A DNA stretch of 64,000 nucleotides from contig NZ_JAODBG010000035.1 in the NCBI RefSeq assembly GCF_025463825.1, forward strand, positions 35,984-99,983. The letters are read 5' to 3'. This document shows positions 7,987 to 16,845 of this stretch, piece by piece (within the stretch, counting starts at the first letter, position 1; every line of letters starts with the position of its first letter). Both the position numbers and the translations under genes were made by a program. The notes below the pieces were generated by a model. It ran no database searches. It worked only from the letters and a program-made list of their open reading frames with translations, and was not told the origin of the DNA. Origin of the DNA: Cryobacterium sp. (GTDB taxonomy: Bacteria > Actinomycetota > Actinomycetes > Actinomycetales > Microbacteriaceae).

Positions 7987-9381
7987 GTGAAGGTGCTCGT
8001 CGCGGCAGCCGTGGCCTTCGTGCTGCTGGGCAGCGGAGCCGTCTGGGCCGGCGCGGCCACCGCCGGCACCGAGCCCGCCGCATCCATCGCCGCCGGGGAG
8101 ACCAGCGCAACCCCGACCCCTGCCCCTGCCCCTACCCCCACCCCGACGACGCCGGCGGCCCGCCCCGCCCCCGGTGCGGCCACCGTCTCCACTCCGCTGC
8201 GCACTTGCTCGGTCGCGGGCCTGGCCGAGGACTCCCGCCTGGGGGAGTTCCAGGCGCAGGTCGTGAACGCCGACACCGGTGAGGTGCTCTTCGACCGGGG
8301 CGGCAGCACCGCATCCCGCGCCGCCAGCGTGCTCAAGGTGCTCACCTCCGCCGCCGCGCTGAGCGTGCTCGGCGCCGACTACCGGGCCACCACCACCGTC
8401 GTGGCCGGCCCCGAACCGGGCCAGGTGGTGCTCGTCGGCGGCGGCGACCTCACTCTGTCGAGTACCTCCACCGGCGACGAGTCGTTCTACGACGGCGCCG
8501 CGCACCTCGACGACCTCGCCGACCAGGCCCGCGCCGCGATGGGCGACACCGAGATCACCTCGGTGCTGCTGGACTCCGGCTACTTCGGCGGCCCGGACTG
8601 GGAACCCAGCTGGGACCGCAAGGAACAGACCGACGGGTACATGCCGCCGATCACCGCGCTGCAGGTCGACGGCGGCAGGGCCGACCCGTACGCCAGCACC
8701 TCCGCGCGCAGCGAGGACCCGGTCGGCCAGGCCGGCGCGGCGTTCGCCGACGAGCTCGGCGGCGCCGTGGACGTCAGCGTCGGCACCGCCCCGGCCGGCG
8801 CCGCGGTGCTGGCGTCCGTGCAGTCCCAGCCCGTCGGGGTGCTGATCAAGCAGTCCCTGATCGTGTCCGACAACGCTCTCGCCGAGATGCTCGCCCGGCT
8901 CGTGGCGGTGGAGTCCGGCACCGGCAACACCTTCACCGCCATCCAGCCCGCCGTGCTCGCGGGCCTTGCCGAGTACGGCATCGACACCACCGGCATCCTC
9001 ATCGCCGACGGCTCCGGCCTCTCCGACAACAACGCCGTGCCGCCGGCGTACCTCACCAAACTGTTCCGGCAGATCAACGCCAGGGAGGGCAGCCTCGGCG
9101 AAATCTTCGACGGTCTGCCCATCGCCGGCGGCCCGTCCGGCTCACTGTCGTACAGCGACCGGTTCTCCGGTGCCAACGCGGATGCCGACGGTGCGGTATT
9201 CGCCAAGACCGGCTGGATCGACACCGGGTACACCCTCGCCGGCGTCATCCGCGCGCAGGACGGCAGCACCCTCACCTTCGCCGTATACGCGCTGGGCGAT
9301 GTGGGCGATAATGCGAAGCAGGCGATCGACACCATCACGACGGGGTTCTTCCGCTGCGGGAACAACCTCTCGAACAACTGA
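7987..9381 (+). CDS. dacB: D-alanyl-D-alanine carboxypeptidase/endopeptidase (PBP4, peptidase S13)
   Basis: SxxK (SVLK), SxN (SDN) and KTG (AKTGW) motifs. I prefer GTG 7987 (GAGG 7 nt upstream, followed by a signal-like VKVLVAAAVAFVLLG) over the track start at 7852, whose first ~45 codons have poor GC3. Confidence 0.8.
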   Translation: MKVLVAAAVAFVLLGSGAVWAGAATAGTEPAASIAAGETSATPTPAPAPTPTPTTPAARPAPGAATVSTPLRTCSVAGLAEDSRLGEFQAQVVNADTGEVLFDRGGSTASRAASVLKVLTSAAALSVLGADYRATTTVVAGPEPGQVVLVGGGDLTLSSTSTGDESFYDGAAHLDDLADQARAAMGDTEITSVLLDSGYFGGPDWEPSWDRKEQTDGYMPPITALQVDGGRADPYASTSARSEDPVGQAGAAFADELGGAVDVSVGTAPAGAAVLASVQSQPVGVLIKQSLIVSDNALAEMLARLVAVESGTGNTFTAIQPAVLAGLAEYGIDTTGILIADGSGLSDNNAVPPAYLTKLFRQINAREGSLGEIFDGLPIAGGPSGSLSYSDRFSGANADADGAVFAKTGWIDTGYTLAGVIRAQDGSTLTFAVYALGDVGDNAKQAIDTITTGFFRCGNNLSNN

Positions 9382-9405
9382 TCCACAACCGACAGGAGTG
9401 CTTCC

Positions 9406-9999
9406 GTGACCCGCGCACTGATCATCATCGACGTTCAGAACGACTTCACCGAGGGCGGTGCACTTCCGGTGACCGGCGGCGCCGACGTGGCTGCGGGCAT
9501 CAGCACGTTCCTGGCCGCGAACGCCGGCCAGTACGGTCACATCTACGCCTCCCGGGACTGGCACGACGCCGACGGTGACAACGGCGGCCACTTCGCGGTC
9601 GACGACGCCCCCGACTTCACCGCCAGCTGGCCCGTGCACTGCGTCGCCGACACGGCCGGTGCCGAGTACCATCCGGCGCTGACCCTGCCGGAGGCGACCG
9701 TGCACATCCAGAAGGGCCAGGGGACGCCCGGCTACTCGATCTTCGAGGGCGTCGACTCCGGCGGGGAGAAGTTCGGCGAACTGCTCATCGCCGCGGGGGT
9801 GACGGATGTCGACGTGGTCGGCCTGGCCACCGACTTCTGCGTGCGCGCCTCGGGCCTGGACGCCCTCACCCACGGCCAGCACGTACGTGTGTTGACCGAC
9901 CTCGTCGCCGGCGTCGACTCCGGCGCGAGCGAGCGGGCCCTCGCCGAACTCGCCCACGCCGGCGCGGTGCTCGCCACCTCCGACGCCCTCGCCCGGTAG
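9406..9999 (+). CDS. pncA: Isochorismatase-family hydrolase, nicotinamidase/pyrazinamidase-like
   Basis: IIIDVQNDF N-terminus and a catalytic Cys context (GLATDFCVRASGLDA). 197 aa. Confidence 0.7.
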   Translation: MTRALIIIDVQNDFTEGGALPVTGGADVAAGISTFLAANAGQYGHIYASRDWHDADGDNGGHFAVDDAPDFTASWPVHCVADTAGAEYHPALTLPEATVHIQKGQGTPGYSIFEGVDSGGEKFGELLIAAGVTDVDVVGLATDFCVRASGLDALTHGQHVRVLTDLVAGVDSGASERALAELAHAGAVLATSDALAR

Positions 10000-10173
10000 T
10001 CCCGAGCGCGCGCCAGCACCATCCGCGCCAGTTGTGTGGTGCGCGGAGTCGCCCCAACATGCCCCTTCGCGGCCGGCGAGAGGTGTGACTACTCACGGCC
10101 GACATGCCCGGCAACCCGGCCCACTCCGGCGACTCGATCGTGCGCGGCCCCCTCTCGGGGCTGTAGCCCGCGT

Positions 10174-10232
10174 GCGAGATGACAGTTGAGCCCCCTTGGG
10201 GCGCGCCCAACGGGCCTCAAGTGGCATCTCGC
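10174..10232 (+). other. Long imperfect hairpin enclosing two small hairpins in the pncA-to-membrane-gene spacer
   Basis: GCGAGATGACAGTTGAG (10174-10190) pairs with CTCAAGTGGCATCTCGC (10216-10232) at 15 of 17 positions. The inner GCCC-AAC-GGGC forms a small stem. Function is unknown. Confidence 0.3.
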
Positions 10233-10328
10233 GGATGCGTCGCTGGGTGAGGTGGCCTGTGCGGCCCCTTCCCGGTGTGGCCCGAGCGGGGGATTGTGGG
10301 CCTCTCGAGCGAGGAACAGGATGGCGGC

Positions 10329-10802
10329 ATGGCCACCTCGACCCCCGTCCATTTCGCAGTGCCAGGCACTGATACGCACGCACCCCGCCGCTGGTGGGTG
10401 GCGCTGCTCGTGGTGGGCTGGTTCACTCTGGTCTCGGCGGTAGGCGGAGCGCTCGGCCTGATCTTCGCGAACGGGATGGGCATGCCCATCAGCTGGCTGG
10501 TGGGCACCCCGTTCGACTCCTTCCTGGTGCCGGGCCTCATCCTGCTGCTGGTTGTGGGCGGCACCCAGGCGAACGCGGTGCTGCTGCAGCACCTTCGGCA
10601 TCCGTGGTACCTGGCTGCGGCCGCCATCGCCGGGTTCGGAATGCTCATCTGGATCTTCGTGGAAGTGGCGATCCTGCCCGGGTATTCGCTGCTGCACACG
10701 CTGTACTTCGGCACCGGGGTACTGCAGCTCATCGGCGTGCTGCTCTGCTTGGGCGTCCTGCCGACCGACAGGGCAGCGACGGCCGGAGCGGACAAGCGGT
10801 AG
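10329..10802 (+). CDS. Small membrane protein (about 4 TM), unknown function
   Basis: Hydrophobic ORF. ATG 10329 is preceded by AGGA with a 7 nt spacer. GC3 is high. Confidence 0.5.
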   Translation: MATSTPVHFAVPGTDTHAPRRWWVALLVVGWFTLVSAVGGALGLIFANGMGMPISWLVGTPFDSFLVPGLILLLVVGGTQANAVLLQHLRHPWYLAAAAIAGFGMLIWIFVEVAILPGYSLLHTLYFGTGVLQLIGVLLCLGVLPTDRAATAGADKR

Positions 10803-10890
10803 CCTGCGGCGGAGTCACATCCACGGCCGACACGCCCGCACCGACCACGCCGCAACGCCCCAGCTACCTCCAGTGGCACGCGAGTACATT

Positions 10891-10907
10891 TGAAGTCGAC
10901 GACTTCA
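10891..10907. promoter_or_regulatory. Perfect 8-1-8 palindrome TGAAGTCGaCGACTTCA immediately upstream of the gabD SD and start
   Basis: Read directly. It ends 1 nt before the GGGAGG SD of GTG 10920. Operator-like. Confidence 0.4.
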
Positions 10908-10919
10908 CGGGAGGCATTT

Positions 10920-12401
10920 GTGGCGCACGTAACCGAAGCAGAGCTACTCCAGCACGTACCCAACGAGCTGTACATCAACGGTGAGTGGGTGCCCGCCGCC
11001 GACGGGAACACACTCACCGTGCACGACCCGTCCACGGGCAAGGTGATCAAGACCATCGCCGACGCCGGAGTCGCCGACGGTCTGGCGGCCCTCGCCGCCG
11101 CCGCCAATGCACAGGATGCCTGGGCCGCGACGCCGCCGCGGGTGCGCGGGGAGATCCTGCGCCGCAGCTTCGATCTCCTGCACGGGCGCCGGCACGAGTT
11201 CGCGCTGCTGATGACGCTGGAGATGGGCAAGCCGCTCGCCGAATCGTACGGGGAGGTCACCTACGGGGGCGAGTTCCTGCGCTGGTTCAGCGAAGAAGCC
11301 GTGCGCATCACCGGCCGGTACGGCACCAACCCCGAGGGCACCGGGCGCATGATCGTGTCGCAGCACCCGGTCGGCCCGAGCTACCTGATCACCCCGTGGA
11401 ACTTCCCGCTGGCGATGGCCACCCGCAAGATCGCCCCGGCGCTCGCCGCCGGCTGCACCGTCGTGATCAAGCCCGCCGAGCTGACCCCGCTCACGACCCT
11501 GTACCTGGTCAAGCTGTTCGAGGAGGTCGGCCTGCCCGCCGGCGTGGTCAACGTGCTCACCACCTCCACCTCGGGCGCCGTCTCCGAGCCGATCATCGCC
11601 GACCCGCGGCTTCGCAAGCTCAGCTTCACCGGCTCCACCGGGGTGGGCCAGAAGCTCATCGCCCAGTCGGCGCAGAACGTGCTGCGCACGTCGATGGAGC
11701 TCGGCGGCAACGCCCCGTTCCTGGTCTTCGACGACGCCGACATGGACCGCGCCGTCGAGGGCGCCCTGGCCGCGAAGTTCCGCAACGTGGGCCAGGCCTG
11801 CACCGCCGCGAACCGGTTCATTGTGCAGGCATCCGTCGCCGACGAGTTCGCCCGCCGCGTCACCGAGGCCGTCGCCGGCTTCACCGTGGGCCGTGGCACC
11901 GAGGACGGCGTCAAGATCGGCCCGCTGATCAACGCCGACGCGGTGACCAAGGCCGACACCCTGGTGCAGGATGCCCTCGGCCGCGGCGCCACCCTGCTCA
12001 CCGGCGGGCACGCCCTCGACGGCACGGGCACCTTCTTCGAGCCCACCGTGATCAACGGGGTGCAGCCGGGCAGCGACATCCTGCGCGAAGAGATCTTCGG
12101 CCCGGTGCTGTCGATCGTGCCGTTCGACGACGAGGACGACGCCGTGCGCATCGCCAACGACACCGAATACGGGCTGGTCAGCTACGTTTTCACCCGTGAT
12201 CTCGCCCGTGGCCAGCGGATGATCGAACGCCTGCAGACCGGCATGATGGGCCTGAACATGGGCGTGGTCTCCAACGCCGCTGCCCCGTTCGGCGGGGTGA
12301 AGCAGTCGGGCCTGGGCCGCGAGGGCGGTTCAGAGGGCATCCACGAGTACCTGTCCACCAAATACACCCTCACCCCCGACCCCTTCGTGGACTACGACTG
12401 A
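10920..12401 (+). CDS. gabD: NAD(P)+-dependent succinate-semialdehyde dehydrogenase
   Basis: Aldehyde dehydrogenase motifs ELGGNAP and FRNVGQACTAANR. I prefer GTG 10920 (GGGAGG 5-6 nt upstream) over the track start at 10890. Confidence 0.8.
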   Translation: MAHVTEAELLQHVPNELYINGEWVPAADGNTLTVHDPSTGKVIKTIADAGVADGLAALAAAANAQDAWAATPPRVRGEILRRSFDLLHGRRHEFALLMTLEMGKPLAESYGEVTYGGEFLRWFSEEAVRITGRYGTNPEGTGRMIVSQHPVGPSYLITPWNFPLAMATRKIAPALAAGCTVVIKPAELTPLTTLYLVKLFEEVGLPAGVVNVLTTSTSGAVSEPIIADPRLRKLSFTGSTGVGQKLIAQSAQNVLRTSMELGGNAPFLVFDDADMDRAVEGALAAKFRNVGQACTAANRFIVQASVADEFARRVTEAVAGFTVGRGTEDGVKIGPLINADAVTKADTLVQDALGRGATLLTGGHALDGTGTFFEPTVINGVQPGSDILREEIFGPVLSIVPFDDEDDAVRIANDTEYGLVSYVFTRDLARGQRMIERLQTGMMGLNMGVVSNAAAPFGGVKQSGLGREGGSEGIHEYLSTKYTLTPDPFVDYD

Positions 12402-12415
12402 CCCCGTCTTTCGAC

Positions 12416-12463
12416 AGCGGTCAAACGGTCACGTGAGCGCTCCGAAGCGACCGTTAGACCGCT
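12416..12463 (+). terminator. Stem-loop after gabD (15-bp stem, one mismatch, 18-nt loop)
   Basis: AGCGGTCAAACGGTC (12416-12430) pairs with GACCGTTAGACCGCT (12449-12463). It starts 15 nt after the gabD stop. Confidence 0.45.
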
Positions 12464-12467
12464 TTCG

Positions 12468-12510
12468 CGGACCCGGAGCGGACCGAGCGGGACCGGGCGG
12501 GACCGGCGCG
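12468..12510 (+). repeat. Four about 10-bp phased GGACC repeats
   Basis: GGACC occurs at about 12470, 12480, 12490 and 12500, between the gabD hairpin and the TrmH start. Confidence 0.5.
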
Positions 12511-12531
12511 GCGCGTCGGTAGGCTTTTCGG

Positions 12532-13329
12532 ATGCCCGTCATCGAGATTTCCGACCTGAGCGACCCGCGGTTGGCCGACTTCACCGTCTCCACGGATGTG
12601 GCGCTCAAGAAGGCGCGCGGCACCGAGCACGGCCTGTACATCGCCGAGTCCGCGCTGGTGCTCGAGCGGGCCCTCCGAGCCGGGCACCGGGCGCGCTCGG
12701 TGCTCACCCTGGCGAACACCCGGCGTGAAGCGGTCGCCCTCGTCGGCGACGACGTCCCGGTGTTCGTGGGCGCCGGGGAGCTGCTCACCGACCTCACCGG
12801 GTACGTGCTGCACCGCGGCCTGATCGCCGCGATGCACCGGCCCGCACTGCCCGAGCCGGCGGCGTTGCTGGCGGATGCGCGGCGCATCCTGATCCTGGAG
12901 AACGTGACGGACCCCACCAACGTGGGCGCCATCTTCCGTTCCGCCGGGGCGATCGGGGCCGATGCGATCCTCGTCACCCCGCGCTGTTCCGACCCCTTCT
13001 ACCGGCGCGCGATCCGCGTGTCGATGGGCACCGTGCTGCAGGTGCCGTGGACCCGGGTCGGTGACTGGGCGAGCACCCGGCAGCTGCTCACCGAGCACGG
13101 CTTCCACGTCGCCGCGCTCGCGCTCACGGATGATGCGGTGAGCCTGCGCGACTTCCACGGCGAGCAGCACGCCCGGCTGGCGCTGCTGCTCGGCGCCGAG
13201 GGGGAAGGGCTCACGCCCGACGCCCTCGCCGCGGCCGACTCCGTGGTGCAGATCCCGATGAAGCACGGCATCGACTCCCTCAACGTGGCCGCCGCCAGCG
13301 CCGTCGCGATGTGGGCATTGTCCGGCTGA
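12532..13329 (+). CDS. TrmH/SpoU-family RNA 2'-O-methyltransferase
   Basis: SpoU methylase C-terminal motifs (LILENVTDPTNVGAIFRSA, LLLGAEGEGL, IPMKHGIDSLNVA). Confidence 0.8.
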   Translation: MPVIEISDLSDPRLADFTVSTDVALKKARGTEHGLYIAESALVLERALRAGHRARSVLTLANTRREAVALVGDDVPVFVGAGELLTDLTGYVLHRGLIAAMHRPALPEPAALLADARRILILENVTDPTNVGAIFRSAGAIGADAILVTPRCSDPFYRRAIRVSMGTVLQVPWTRVGDWASTRQLLTEHGFHVAALALTDDAVSLRDFHGEQHARLALLLGAEGEGLTPDALAAADSVVQIPMKHGIDSLNVAAASAVAMWALSG

Positions 13330-13435
13330 CCGGCAGATCATCTCCGAGCAAACGCCGACCGCAACCTTCCTCAACGCTGAATATCGGCGAACGCTGGGCC
13401 TCGTGTTACCTGTTGTTTACCCAACGGCGCTCTCT

Positions 13436-13473
13436 GGAACATGCCCGAAACAAAGTGCTACAGAGTGTGAAAC
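13436..13473 (+). promoter_or_regulatory. Candidate GlnR-type box upstream of amt
   Basis: GGAAC-n6-GAAAC-n6-CTACA-n6-GAAAC, with the two GAAAC sites 22 nt apart. An additional GTTAC-n6-TTTAC lies at 13405-13420. The surrounding region is locally AT-richer than the genes. Confidence 0.35.
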
Positions 13474-13537
13474 ACGCCGCTGGCAATGTGTCATGTACCC
13501 GACGCGAGCCGCTGCGTCCTGCAGAGAGGTTTTTCCA

Positions 13538-14806
13538 GTGGATCAAGGTAATACTGCTTTCATACTGCTGTCCGCAGCGTTTGTCCTGCTCATGACTCCA
13601 GGACTCGCGTTCTTCTACGGTGGTCTGGTCAAGGCCAAGAGCGTCATCAGCATGATGATGATGAGTTTCGGAGCCCTCGGCCTGATCGGCGTGCTCTGGG
13701 TCATCTACGGTTACGCGATCGCGTTCCCCGGCGCGGAGGGCACCGTGGCACCGTGGGCGATCGACTGGTCCAACATCGGCCTGACCGCTGCCCTCGAGAC
13801 TCCTGAGGGCGCCGCTTACCCGCCGCTGGCCTTCGTCGCATTCCAGGCGACCTTCGCCATCATCACGGTCGCGCTAATCTCCGGTGCGATCGCCGACCGC
13901 GCCAAGTTCGGCTCCTGGATGATCTTCGCCGGTATCTGGGCGACGGTCGTGTACTTCCCGGTCGCCAGCTGGGTCTTCAACTTCGGCCTCGCCGAGGACG
14001 GCAGCTTCGCCTACGGCGGCTGGATCACCCACGGCCTGCAGGATGTCTTCGGCCTCGGCGCGATCGACTTCGCCGGTGGCACCGCGGTCCACATCAACGC
14101 CGGTGCGGCGGCCCTCGCCCTCGCCCTGGTGCTCGGCAAGCGCGTCGGATTCTCCAAGGGCGTTCACGTCCCGCACAACCCGCCCTTCGTCCTCCTCGGC
14201 GCCGGCCTGCTCTGGTTCGGCTGGTTCGGCTTCAACGCCGGCTCGGAGCTTGCCGCTGACGGCACCGCGGCCCTCGCCTTCGTCAACACGATTGCGGCAC
14301 CGTCCGCAGCCCTACTGGCCTGGCTCGTGGTCGAAAAGATCCGCGACGGAAAGCCGACCTCGGTCGGTGCCGCATCCGGAGCCGTCGCCGGCCTCGTTGC
14401 GATCACCCCGGCCTGCGGTTCGCTGCAGCCGATCTGGGCGATCGTCCTCGGCATCATCGCCGGTGCGGTCTGCGCCATCGCCGTCGACCTCAAGTTCAAG
14501 CTGGGCTTCGATGACTCGCTCGACGTCGTGGGCATCCACCTCGTCGGTGGCATGATCGGCACCCTGTACCTGGGCTTCTTCGCCAACGGCACCGGCCTGT
14601 TCCTGGGCGGCGACGGCACGCAGCTGCTCGTCCAGGCGATCGCCGCGTTCTCCGTTCTGATCTACTCCTTCGTTCTCGCCTTCGTCATCGCCTTCGCCAT
14701 CGAGAAGACGATCGGCTTCCGCGTGAAGAACGAGGACGAGATCGCGGGCATCGACTCCGTCATGCACGGCGAAGAGGGCTACGTCCTCACCGACGCCAAG
14801 GCCTGA
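13538..14806 (+). CDS. amt: Ammonium transporter (Amt family)
   Basis: Canonical N-terminus (DQGNTAFILLSAAFVLLMTPGLAFFYGG) and the Amt signature DFAGGTAVHINAG. GTG 13538 is preceded by AGAGAGG with an 8 nt spacer. Confidence 0.9.
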   Translation: MDQGNTAFILLSAAFVLLMTPGLAFFYGGLVKAKSVISMMMMSFGALGLIGVLWVIYGYAIAFPGAEGTVAPWAIDWSNIGLTAALETPEGAAYPPLAFVAFQATFAIITVALISGAIADRAKFGSWMIFAGIWATVVYFPVASWVFNFGLAEDGSFAYGGWITHGLQDVFGLGAIDFAGGTAVHINAGAAALALALVLGKRVGFSKGVHVPHNPPFVLLGAGLLWFGWFGFNAGSELAADGTAALAFVNTIAAPSAALLAWLVVEKIRDGKPTSVGAASGAVAGLVAITPACGSLQPIWAIVLGIIAGAVCAIAVDLKFKLGFDDSLDVVGIHLVGGMIGTLYLGFFANGTGLFLGGDGTQLLVQAIAAFSVLIYSFVLAFVIAFAIEKTIGFRVKNEDEIAGIDSVMHGEEGYVLTDAKA

Positions 14807-14830
14807 TCACCCCGAAAGTCCGAGCAAGCC

Positions 14831-14874
14831 GAAATGTGCTGGATGGTTGATATGCAAACCATCCAGCACATTTC
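14831..14874 (+). terminator. Perfect 18-bp stem, 8-nt loop hairpin after amt
   Basis: GAAATGTGCTGGATGGTT (14831-14848) pairs with AACCATCCAGCACATTTC (14857-14874). It starts 25 nt after the amt stop. Confidence 0.6.
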
Positions 14875-14904
14875 TGTGTCCGCGCCCCACGACCGAACCC
14901 TCCG

Positions 14905-15525
14905 ATGAGCGTCACCGCAGAGAACGACGGGCTCGACACGCCTCGAACTCCTCCCCGCAGCATCCGTCTGGCCGACCTGCCCCGCCAGCACCTGGACCAG
15001 GGCCGGGGCAGCGCCCGGGAGATCTGGGCGGATCTCGACCACGACCTGAACCTGCGGTGGCAGCTCCGGGTGGTCGACATCAAGGACTCCACCGGGTTGC
15101 TGGTCGGTCCGGCCGGGACCCACCACTACGTGGTCGGGGTCGCGGGGCCGCAGGTGGCGGTGCGGAACGCCGAATCGAGCCGGGTGCTCCGCCGGGACCA
15201 GGTCATGCCCGTGCTCTCCTCCAGGGTGCACTTCGAACGACCCAAGCTGCGACCTCCCGGCGTGAGCTCGCTGATGGTGCTGACCTTTTCCGGCGCCGCC
15301 CAGCCGCCCGTGTTCATCACCGGCACCGTGGCGCAGGGTGCCGAGCTGCGGGCAGGCGCGCAGCTCCTGGTCGCGCTGCGCGGCACCGTGCACCTGGACG
15401 GGATGGAGGCGGACCCGGGGTCGGCACTGCTGCTGGACCCCGCGCAGACGCACCGGCTGCGGGCCACGACCGCGAGCATCCTCACCGTCAACCTGCCTCG
15501 ATCCGACGAGGCGACATCCGTCTGA
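14905..15525 (+). CDS. Uncharacterised protein, possibly HutD/Ves-like
   Basis: 206 aa ORF with high GC3. It has a weak by-eye resemblance to HutD (RQHLDQGRGSAREIW compared with the PWxNGxGxTREI region). The product call is tentative. Confidence 0.4.
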   Translation: MSVTAENDGLDTPRTPPRSIRLADLPRQHLDQGRGSAREIWADLDHDLNLRWQLRVVDIKDSTGLLVGPAGTHHYVVGVAGPQVAVRNAESSRVLRRDQVMPVLSSRVHFERPKLRPPGVSSLMVLTFSGAAQPPVFITGTVAQGAELRAGAQLLVALRGTVHLDGMEADPGSALLLDPAQTHRLRATTASILTVNLPRSDEATSV

Positions 15526-15582
15526 ACCCGCCCCGAACCGGCCCCGAGCCGGCTGGGCGAGGCGCGGGCCTAGGCTGGGTTC

Positions 15583-16845
15583 ATGAGCAATGATGCTGTC
15601 ATCGTCGATGTCGTCCGCACGCCCTCCGGACGCGGCAAGCCCGGCGGCGCTCTCGCCGGCGTGCACCCCGCAGACCTCCTCGCCGGGGTGCTGAAAGACC
15701 TGGTCAGCCGCAACGACCTGGACCCGGCCCTGGTCGACGACGTGATCGGCGGATGCCTCACCCAGGTCGGCGAACAGAGCACCAACATCACCCGCACCGC
15801 GCTGCTGGGCGCCGGGTTCCCCGACTCGGTGCCCGGCACCACCATCGACCGGCAGTGCGGCTCCAGCCAGCAGGCCGCGACGTTCGCCGCGCAGGGTGTG
15901 CTCGCCGGCAGCTACGACATCGTCATCGCCTGCGGGGTGGAGTCGATGAGCCGGGTGCCGCTCGGCTCGGCGGGCGGTCCGGTTCCGGCCGGCGGCTCCG
16001 ACGCGGCGGGCCGCACCGAGGGCTGGGGCTCGCCCACCGCCTGGTCGGCGGTGGCCAGCCAGGACCCGCACGGCCGGCTGATGCACGAGCGCTATCCGCA
16101 GGGCCTGGTCGGCCAGGGTGTCGCCGCCGAGCTGATCAGCGCCACTTGGGGCCTCACCCGCACCGAGCTCGACGAGTACGCCGCCCGGTCCCATCGGCTC
16201 GCCGCGGCGGCCGCCGACCGCGGCGAGTTCCGGGCATCCCTGCTGCCGGTGACCCTCGCCGACGGCCGCCGGGTCGCCGCGGATGAGACCATCCGCCGGC
16301 GCAGCACCGTCGAGACCCTCGCGGACCTGCCGCTGGCGTTTCGCACCGACGAGCTCGCCGCCCGGTTCCCCGAGGTGAACTGGCAGATCACCGCCGGAAA
16401 CTCCTCACCGCTGACGGACGGCGCCTCCGCCGCCCTGATCATGAGCGCCGACCGGGCCGCCGCGCTCGGCCTCACTCCCCGCGCCCGGTTCCACAGCTTC
16501 GCGGTCACCGGCAGCGACCCGCTGCTGATGCTCACCGGTGTGATTCCCGCCACTGAGCGCATCCTGGCCCGCTCCGGCCTGACCATCGACGACCTGGACG
16601 CCTACGAGGTCAACGAGGCGTTCGCCTGCGTGCCGCTGGTGTGGCAACGCGAACTGCGCGCCGACCCGGCCAAGCTCAACGCCTCCGGCGGCGCCATCGC
16701 CCTCGGCCACGCGCTCGGGTCCTCCGGCACCCGGCTGCTGGGCACCCTGCTCGGCAGCCTCGAGGCCGGCGGCGGACGCTACGGCCTGCAGACCATGTGC
16801 GAGGGCGGCGGCATGGCCAACGCCACAATCATCGAACGGCTCTGA
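15583..16845 (+). CDS. Acetyl-CoA C-acyltransferase (thiolase)
   Basis: Active-site contexts [15 protein letters not shown] and [14 protein letters not shown], with a C-terminal CEGGGMANA. Confidence 0.85.
   Translation: MSNDAVIVDVVRTPSGRGKPGGALAGVHPADLLAGVLKDLVSRNDLDPALVDDVIGGCLTQVGEQSTNITRTALLGAGFPDSVPGTTIDRQCGSSQQAATFAAQGVLAGSYDIVIACGVESMSRVPLGSAGGPVPAGGSDAAGRTEGWGSPTAWSAVASQDPHGRLMHERYPQGLVGQGVAAELISATWGLTRTELDEYAARSHRLAAAAADRGEFRASLLPVTLADGRRVAADETIRRRSTVETLADLPLAFRTDELAARFPEVNWQITAGNSSPLTDGASAALIMSADRAAALGLTPRARFHSFAVTGSDPLLMLTGVIPATERILARSGLTIDDLDAYEVNEAFACVPLVWQRELRADPAKLNASGGAIALGHALGSSGTRLLGTLLGSLEAGGGRYGLQTMCEGGGMANATIIERL

Noticed and set aside
13311-13595. 94-aa ORF upstream of and overlapping the amt start.
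   Set aside because: It lies in the AT-richer promoter region, has no GC3 bias and no motif. It is out of frame with amt, whose true N-terminus (DQGNTAFILL...) begins at 13538.
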